In this document: positions 57,936 to 64,000 of the stretch, piece after piece
How positions within the stretch are numbered: the first letter of the stretch is position 1
Layout: the number at the start of each line of letters is the position of its first letter
DNA from: Rebecca billardiae RCC1528
Taxonomy: Eukaryota > Protista > Haptophyta
Length of the DNA stretch: 64,000 nt
Assembly: GCA_965240325.2 (NCBI GenBank)
Contig: OZ251235.1
Span: 1,984,001-2,048,000, forward strand
Reading direction: 5' to 3'
Program-made: the position numbers and the translations under genes
The notes under the pieces: generated by a model
Seen by the model: the letters and a program-made list of their open reading frames with translations, nothing else
The model's database searches: none
What the model was told of the DNA's origin: nothing

Positions 57936-59265
57936 TCACTTGAGCTTGTTGCCGCCGCCCAGGCTTGCCCAGTACTCGTCCGTGCCAGGCTCGGGCGCCG
58001 GCTGGGGCGGCTTACCCGCCTGCGCCGCGCGCTTCTCGCGCTCCTCTGCCGCCCGCCGCAGCTCGGCCGTTCTCGCGATGGCTGGCCCGAACTTATCCGC
58101 GCCCGCGGCCGCCTGGGAGGCCGGGTCCGCTCTGAGCTCCGGCTCAACGTCCACCGGCTTGCCGCTCAGCGTGCCGCTCGCACCCTGGAACTTGGGTGCA
58201 GGTGGTGCAGCGTCGGCCGAGCCCGCGCCGTTCGCGGGCCCCGCAGCGCCCTCGGGGCTAGCCGCGGCCGGGAGCTTCCGCTGCTTCGCGCTCGACGACT
58301 TGCCGTCCAGCCGCTTCCCCGAGCCCACAAACTTAGGCGTAGCCGCCTCGTCGTCCTCCGAGCTGTCGTGCTCGAGGTTGGGCTCGCTGGCTGCTGGGAT
58401 GGCGGGCGCGGCGGGCCGCGCGCTCTGCGCCGGCAGCGACTCGCGCGGCGGCGGCTCGACGTAATCTGCGGGCGGCGCGAAGTCCACCTGCACGTCGGCT
58501 TCGATGATACAAACCGCCTGTGGCCGCCCGCGCCCAAAGCTGCCGCCTGCGCGTCCGGTCAGCGTCGGCGCGCGCCGCCGCGTCCGTGCGTCAGCGACGA
58601 GCAGCAGCGCGGCGGGCGCGCGCTGGGGCGCGGGCGCGCCGCACCCTCCGGCTTGACTTCCACCACACCGATGTCGTACTTCTTCTTGTTGTAGAATATG
58701 CGGATCACCTGCGCCGGGCGCGCGCGGGCAGGCGCGCGCCGCCAAGAGTTGAGCCATCCTCGCCAGGCGCGGCGGCGCGCAGTCGCGGCGCGGCGACGCA
58801 GATCTCACGACGGCGCACCTCGCCTTTCGTGAGCGCGGAGAAGTTGCGCAGCGTGGCCTCGAGCACGGCCTTCGGGTTCGAGATCTTCACAAAGTCCGAC
58901 GTCTGCGGCTGCAGCTTGACGTACATGCCCTTGGGGATGGTGGCCGAGCGCACGTGCAGCATCGCGCCCTCCTGCAGGTGCATGTTCTCCATGATCCAGT
59001 ACGGCAGGTAGATCATGCCCTCCTGTGCGATGAACTCGAGGACGCCGCAGTGTAGGCGCAGGTCCTGGAAGTGCGGGTTGGTCAGCTCGAAGATCATCGG
59101 ATAGCTGATCTCCAGGTGCGCGAGCTTCTCGAGCGCTGACGGCGGCAGGATGATCTTGTCGGCCGCCTCAAGGCGCTCGGGGTCGCGCTGCTGCTCGGCA
59201 GCGATGAGGGACATGCTGTGGCACTTGTACATGTCGGCGAACTGGCCGCCATGCATGCCAAACAT
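57936..59265 (-). CDS. UFD1: Ubiquitin fusion degradation protein 1. Inferred introns 58709-58818 and 58547-58644
   Basis: KIILPPSAL, YPMIFEL, HCGVLEFIA.EG, LPYWIM, VKLQP, NPKAVLE..LRNFSALT, DVQVDFAPP, and SHP boxes FVGSGKRLDGK and FQGASGTL. Confidence 0.96.
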
Positions 59266-59554
59266 GATCGCGTGCCGGCGCGTCCGCCAACGCGCGTCTC
59301 GATCAGTCGATCGGTGAGCGTCGCGCCCAGTCCGCTGCTCACCAGTCCGGTGGCCCAACAGGGCCAAGTCACTCGCAACCTTGGCCGCCATCATTCCAAT
59401 ACTTGCGCCAACCGGACGCGCATCAAGTTTCGGTGCCCGTTCGCGGTCTCAGCGCTCCCGCCCGTGGTGAGGGATGTGCGCGCCACCTCGGCGGAAGGCG
59501 GCGGCCACCGCATGGCTGCCATGGCAGCCGTGCGCTCGCCGCGTGATCAGCGCG

Positions 59555-60697
59555 ATGCTGAACTCGCTCTTCGTTCTCTCGCGTCACCCAGCTACGAGTG
59601 CGTGCGCGCTCGTCGCCGCCGCTGCCACTGTCGGCCTGTCCTCGTTAACGGGCAGCACGGCCAAGCGCGACCTCGCCCTCGTGTCGTGCATCCTGGTGAT
59701 CGCGATCACGTGCGCCCGGGTGCGCTTCGTGCTGCCCCGTGTGTACCGCGCACACGCTCGCTCGGATGAGCACGCGGAGGAGGAGCGCGCCCCCGCCCCG
59801 CTGGGATCGCCCGCGCGAGCGGCAGACGCGGCACTTGAGCTCCTGCCAGACGATCTCCTGCTCCGGGTGTGCGCGTGCCTCCCGCTGGCAGACCTGGCCG
59901 CGCTGGCGCAGTGCTCGCGGCACACCGCCTTCCTCGCGAAGCGTCCAGAGCTCTGGCGCGTGCTCAACCTCCCCGAACGCGCCGAGTCCATCCGCACCGC
60001 CATCGCCGCCATCCCTTCGTGCCTCGAGGGACCGGTCGAGATCTCGCTGCAAGCTGGCGTGTTCGTGGAGGGCCGGCGGCCGCGGTGGCGCGAGCTGTGC
60101 GGCCTCGACGGCGCGCGCTGCGGTGGCGTCAAGGTGACGCGCCAGCTCATCATCAAGGCCCGCGCGGGCGACGCCGGCCGCGTGACCATCGAGTCCGACG
60201 CGGGCGAGGCGGTGGCGTTCCTGCCAGGGTGCGAGGGGAGCACGCTGGAGGGCGTGGCGGTGCGCACGCGCAGCTTTGCGAGCCATGCCGTCGCCGTGTA
60301 TGCGGACGGTGTGAGCGTGCGCGAGTGCACGCTGCGAGCGTGCGGGCGCAACAGCTGCGGGGTCGTCCTCACCGGGCAAGGCGTGTGCGCGCGCGTCGAG
60401 AGGTGCGACATTGCCGAATGTGGCGGCGGCGGCGTGCTCATCTCGTTCGGCGTCGGGCTCGTGAGCATCGACGAGTGCTCGATCCGTCGGAACACATGGA
60501 GTGGGGTCGGCGCTTTCTCGGGCGCCTCGGTTCGGATCGCGCGCACCGAGCTGACGGGCAACAAAATGTTCGCCGTCGGCTGCGCGCGCGACGTCGCCCT
60601 CGAGGTGACGGAGCCTTGTGTGTTTGCAGACAATGAGCTGGGTAACGTGCACCGCTACCTGAGCAGCGAGCCCGCGCCTGGCCCGGGCTCGACCTAG
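59555..60697 (+). CDS. F-box protein with right-handed beta-helix (FBXO11-like) and N-terminal hydrophobic helices
   Basis: F-box LPDDLLLRVCACLPLADLAALAQCSR...LWR, then SIRTAI, TIE, and PbH1-like repeats (CDIAECGGGGV, CSIRRNTWSGV, LTGNKMFAV). Confidence 0.8.
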   Translation: MLNSLFVLSRHPATSACALVAAAATVGLSSLTGSTAKRDLALVSCILVIAITCARVRFVLPRVYRAHARSDEHAEEERAPAPLGSPARAADAALELLPDDLLLRVCACLPLADLAALAQCSRHTAFLAKRPELWRVLNLPERAESIRTAIAAIPSCLEGPVEISLQAGVFVEGRRPRWRELCGLDGARCGGVKVTRQLIIKARAGDAGRVTIESDAGEAVAFLPGCEGSTLEGVAVRTRSFASHAVAVYADGVSVRECTLRACGRNSCGVVLTGQGVCARVERCDIAECGGGGVLISFGVGLVSIDECSIRRNTWSGVGAFSGASVRIARTELTGNKMFAVGCARDVALEVTEPCVFADNELGNVHRYLSSEPAPGPGST

Positions 60698-61562
60698 CTG
60701 CTTCGCCATCACAGGCTTTGGGCTGCTGGCTGTGAAGGTGGCGTCGTGCCGCGCTTGTGCCTTCGGTCCTCGCGCTCGTGAACGGTGTGCTGCGTCGACG
60801 TGCGTCGTCCTCTCGAAGCGGCCGACTCGCAGCTCGGCAGACACTGCCACTGGCAGCAGCCAGCAGCCTCCGCGCAGCAGCAGCTCGCCAGTCGCCAGCT
60901 TCCCGCGGCGGCTGGGCGTCCGCGCCGCGTGAGCGATGTCACTTGGCGTCGCTCGACGCTCGACCCGACGCCGGGCCCGACGGCGACGGTGCCCGTGCCC
61001 GTGGCCGTGGCCGTGGCCGTGCCGTGGGCGAGTGGCGCTTGAATCGCACCGACGGATCGAATTCATCATCTGTACGGATAAGCAGCACTGATGACGACGA
61101 TAGTAGTCTACTATTCCTGCCTCTTGGATATGAAGTCGACATTTCCATGTCGTGCGCAGCGGCGCCGAAGACTCAGCAGGACTCGTCTCTCTCTGCTGTG
61201 CATCGCGAGTTCAGAATCACTGACGTGAGACCGGCCGCCCGCTGTGCTGGCGCTGGCTGTCTGTGGAGTGTGGAGGACCGGGCAGTCGCCGACCGGTGCC
61301 AGCGCCTGGAAGTCGCGCCGAGCGCGCGACATGGCCACCGCAGACCACGGCGGTGCCGACCGCGGCCGCAGCAGCCCATCGCAAACGCGCGGCCTAGCCT
61401 GCCCTCTCCGCGGACAGCGGCGAGGGCTGGCCCATCGACGCCCGACGCGTCGCCAGACGGGCACGGCAGCACCTTGGGGTGTTCGCTGGTGGAGAGGATG
61501 ACGCTGAATAAATAGGCGCGAGCCAGCCCGGGGACGGCGCAGGGCGGAGCGTGCCGCCCGGC

Positions 61563-62522
61563 TCAGTCGTCCTTGCCGTCCTCGTCCTTGTCGTCCTCCG
61601 CTTCCTCCTCGCCGTCCTCGTCCCCTGCTCCGTCGCCATCGCCGTCGGCCTTAGCGCCGCCCTCGCCCTCGCCCTCGTCGTCGGCTCCCTCCTGCTTGCC
61701 GTCCGCGGCGGCGCCGGGTGCCCCCTCGAAGCCAGGCTTGCCCTTGTTCTGGGGGTTGCGCGGCGACTCGGCCCACTGCGCAGAAAGCAAAGCGGCGGTC
61801 GGGGCAGCGCGCAGCGCGCGTGAGGGGCGTGCGCACGGGCGCACACGGGCTGCTGCGCTCACGAGCTGCCGCGCGCAGCGTTAGCTCGCTCGCAGCGCGC
61901 ACCCGTTCCGCCGCCATCTTGAAAGCATCCCGGTGCCTCAACTCGGGGTGCTCGGCCTTCACCTTCGCCACCTCGTCCTGGAGCGCAGCAGATCATGCGC
62001 GGCGTGGGCACGTGGTGCGATGTGAGCGGCGTGATCGCGGGCGCGCACGGAGCGCGCGTGCGGTGGGGGCGGAGTCCGAGGGGCGTGCGGCGTGGACGCA
62101 CCTTCATGAAGAGGTTGTACGCGCTTGGGCTCCGAGGCGGGCGTGCTGCGCGCAGGCGGCGCAGTGCGTCGTGCAGCGGCGCGCGCGGGTCAGCGAGCCA
62201 TCCAAACTGCGCGCGCGGCGCGGCCGCGCGCGCGCGCGGCGCAGGGCGCACCTGGCTTGTCCTTCTTCTTGCGCCCGCGCTTGGTCGTGACCGGTCCGGG
62301 CGCCTTCGACTGCGGGTACGCCGTCTGCTGGATCTGCACGGCGAACACAGCCTTGCAGTTCCCGCACTGCACCGAAGTGATGCCTTCGGGCAGCTGCACT
62401 TGCAGCTGCGAGCCACAGTTTGGGCAGGTGACCTGGTACCACTGCGGCTGCGGCATGGGCATCGACATCTGCGGCCAGTTTGGCGGGGCGGCGCCAGTCT
62501 GCGCGCCGGCTCCTGGGATCAT
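61563..62522 (-). CDS. YABBY-like transcription factor (C2C2 zinc finger, YABBY/HMG-like domain, acidic tail). Inferred introns 62146-62251, 61978-62101, 61776-61902
   Basis: YQVTCPNCGSQLQVQLPEGITSVQCGNCKAVF, then spliced RPPRSPSAYNLFMK|DEVAKVKAEHPELRHRDAFKMAAER|WAESP. Confidence 0.82.
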
Positions 62523-63237
62523 CGCGTCCTCGGCCTCGGCGGTGTGCTGCGAGTCGCTGGTGTCGAGCTGCTGGCGCAGTTGGGAGCGAGTGCCCAGAGC
62601 ACCTTGCTCGCCTATTTGACTCGTTGCCGACGAGCCAAAGGTCGGGCGGGCCCGCCCCAAGTCTGGCGCATCGGCTCGATAGCACAGGTTGATCGATCAT
62701 CGAGCCCGAAGCTCTCGGGCGAGAAGGGGGACCAGTAGGGGCCCCTACAAAAACGCGAATGAGGGGTTCAAAGGAGACTCGCACCGATCGGAGCCGAGCG
62801 CGCGCGCCCAGCGCCGTGGCGCGCTGCGTACGCAAACGGTTGGCGCTCGCGCGAAGCACGTTCAAAAATTGTTGAGTGCTCCCCTTTTTTTCTGTTTCAA
62901 ATTCGACCGGTGGGGCCCGGACCTCAAGTCCTGAGGTCACGCATTTCGTCATCGCAAATCAGCGAACGTTCGAAAAGTGGAAGTACAGGGGTACGTGCCA
63001 GGCGGGTACCGCTCTAGCAGTTTCAAACACTGGTGATAGCTATCTCGCGCTTGCCGCCGCCTTGTGCCAAAAGTACCCGGATGAACTACACCGGACTGCG
63101 CAATCATCCGGAACGCTCGCAAAGCCGGAGCGGCCAGCGCGCGCCGCGCGGCTTTCCCTCGGACGACTTGTCGGGGCCGGGCCGCGAGGACGAGCAACAA
63201 GCACCCACGCGCACGGGCAGCACAACCACGACGTGCC

Positions 63238-63480
63238 ATGGCGGAGCCAAGCGGAGGACCTGGGCAGCAAGCGATCATGGCCTACTTGCAGGCGCACGAC
63301 CTGCAGGCCAAGCTCAACACGATGCTCAACGCGATGGTGCTGGAGCGCCCGAGCGACGTGCGTCGGTGGATGGGCGCCTACATCGAGCGCACGCACGGCA
63401 GCCGCGGCCAGAAGGTGGACGTGCGTATCCGCGGCTCGGCGACGGGCTCGGGCGTCGCCCTCAGCATCAGCCGGGCCTGA
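63238..63480 (+). CDS. Small Dpy-30/RIIa-like dimerisation-docking domain protein
   Basis: AYLQAHDLQAKLNTMLNAMVLERPSDVRRWMGAYI fits the YL..H.L...L...L..L...RP.D pattern. Confidence 0.6.
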   Translation: MAEPSGGPGQQAIMAYLQAHDLQAKLNTMLNAMVLERPSDVRRWMGAYIERTHGSRGQKVDVRIRGSATGSGVALSISRA

Positions 63481-64000
63481 GGCGGCGCGGCGGGCTGCTT
63501 CGCCTCCTGCTCTGCGCCTGCGCCCTCGCGGAGCCGGCGGCGGGCGGCTGGATGTACGAAGACGCTGCGGACCTGATCGCGCGCGTCGTGGACGTCGAGG
63601 CCGTGGTGACCAGTGGCCGCCCGGCGCTGCTGGAGTTCTTCGCGCCGTGGTGCGGCCACTGCCAGGCCTTCGCCGGCGAGTACCGCGTGGCCGCGGCGAC
63701 GCTGGCGGCGGAGATGCCGACACTGTCTGTGGGCGCGATCGACTGTGTCGCCGACGCTGCCGTGTGCAGCTCGAACGCCGTCAAGATGTACCCGACGCTG
63801 CGGCTGTACGACCCGGTCGGGGCTGTGAGTGACTTCTCTGGCCGGCACACCGCGCGCCATGTCGTCGAGTGGGTCACGCGCACCGCGCTCACGTTCCCGG
63901 CCGCGCAGCCGCTCGTCGTGAGCACGGACGCGGCCGTGCGCGAGCTGGTGGCAGACTCGCCGCTGGTGCTCGCGGTGCCCGCGCTCGAGGCCGGCGAGGA
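63477..64000 (+). CDS. Protein disulfide isomerase-like thioredoxin (start uncertain; runs off window)
   Basis: Manual translation gives LLEFFAPWCGHCQAF...VGAIDC...VKMYPTLRLY. Confidence 0.85.
   Translation, partial: MRRRGGLLRLLLCACALAEPAAGGWMYEDAADLIARVVDVEAVVTSGRPALLEFFAPWCGHCQAFAGEYRVAAATLAAEMPTLSVGAIDCVADAAVCSSNAVKMYPTLRLYDPVGAVSDFSGRHTARHVVEWVTRTALTFPAAQPLVVSTDAAVRELVADSPLVLAVPALEAGE

Noticed and set aside
1-64000. tRNA, rRNA or snRNA genes
   Set aside because: None recognised by eye; a tRNAscan-SE/Infernal run would be needed to exclude them.

Overview
Very GC-rich, gene-dense eukaryotic nuclear DNA with about 26 protein-coding genes. I infer 24 short spliceosomal introns (98-216 nt), all with GTRCG donors and CAG acceptors. 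A ciliary transition-zone gene (MKS1) and a gene with a signal peptide + 'AF' bipartite plastid-targeting leader suggest a flagellated alga with a secondary red plastid, probably a haptophyte (inference). Recognisable genes: Deg/HtrA protease, MKS1, membrane PP2C, GT25, CUE protein, M12B/ADAM-like protease, DNA polymerase alpha, MycE-type O-methyltransferase, CLPTM1, IolE-like dehydratase, DMT and AAAP transporters, a Dim1-like protein, UFD1, F-box/beta-helix protein and a PDI. Mobile DNA: a young, internally collapsed Ty1/copia element (apparently identical 411-bp LTRs, TGTAT target-site duplication), two TA-flanked TIR elements and a decayed foldback. Most notable observations: (1) an intact NEK kinase fused to IQ-PX-PH-phospholipase D with both HKD motifs destroyed; (2) a complete C2C2-zinc-finger + YABBY-domain gene; (3) a GCN5-type GNAT joined to a chromodomain; (4) non-canonical +4C splice donors alongside a strongly diverged Dim1; (5) a small docking-domain ORF whose stop overlaps an apparently AUG-less PDI signal peptide. 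All calls were made by eye, without database searches.
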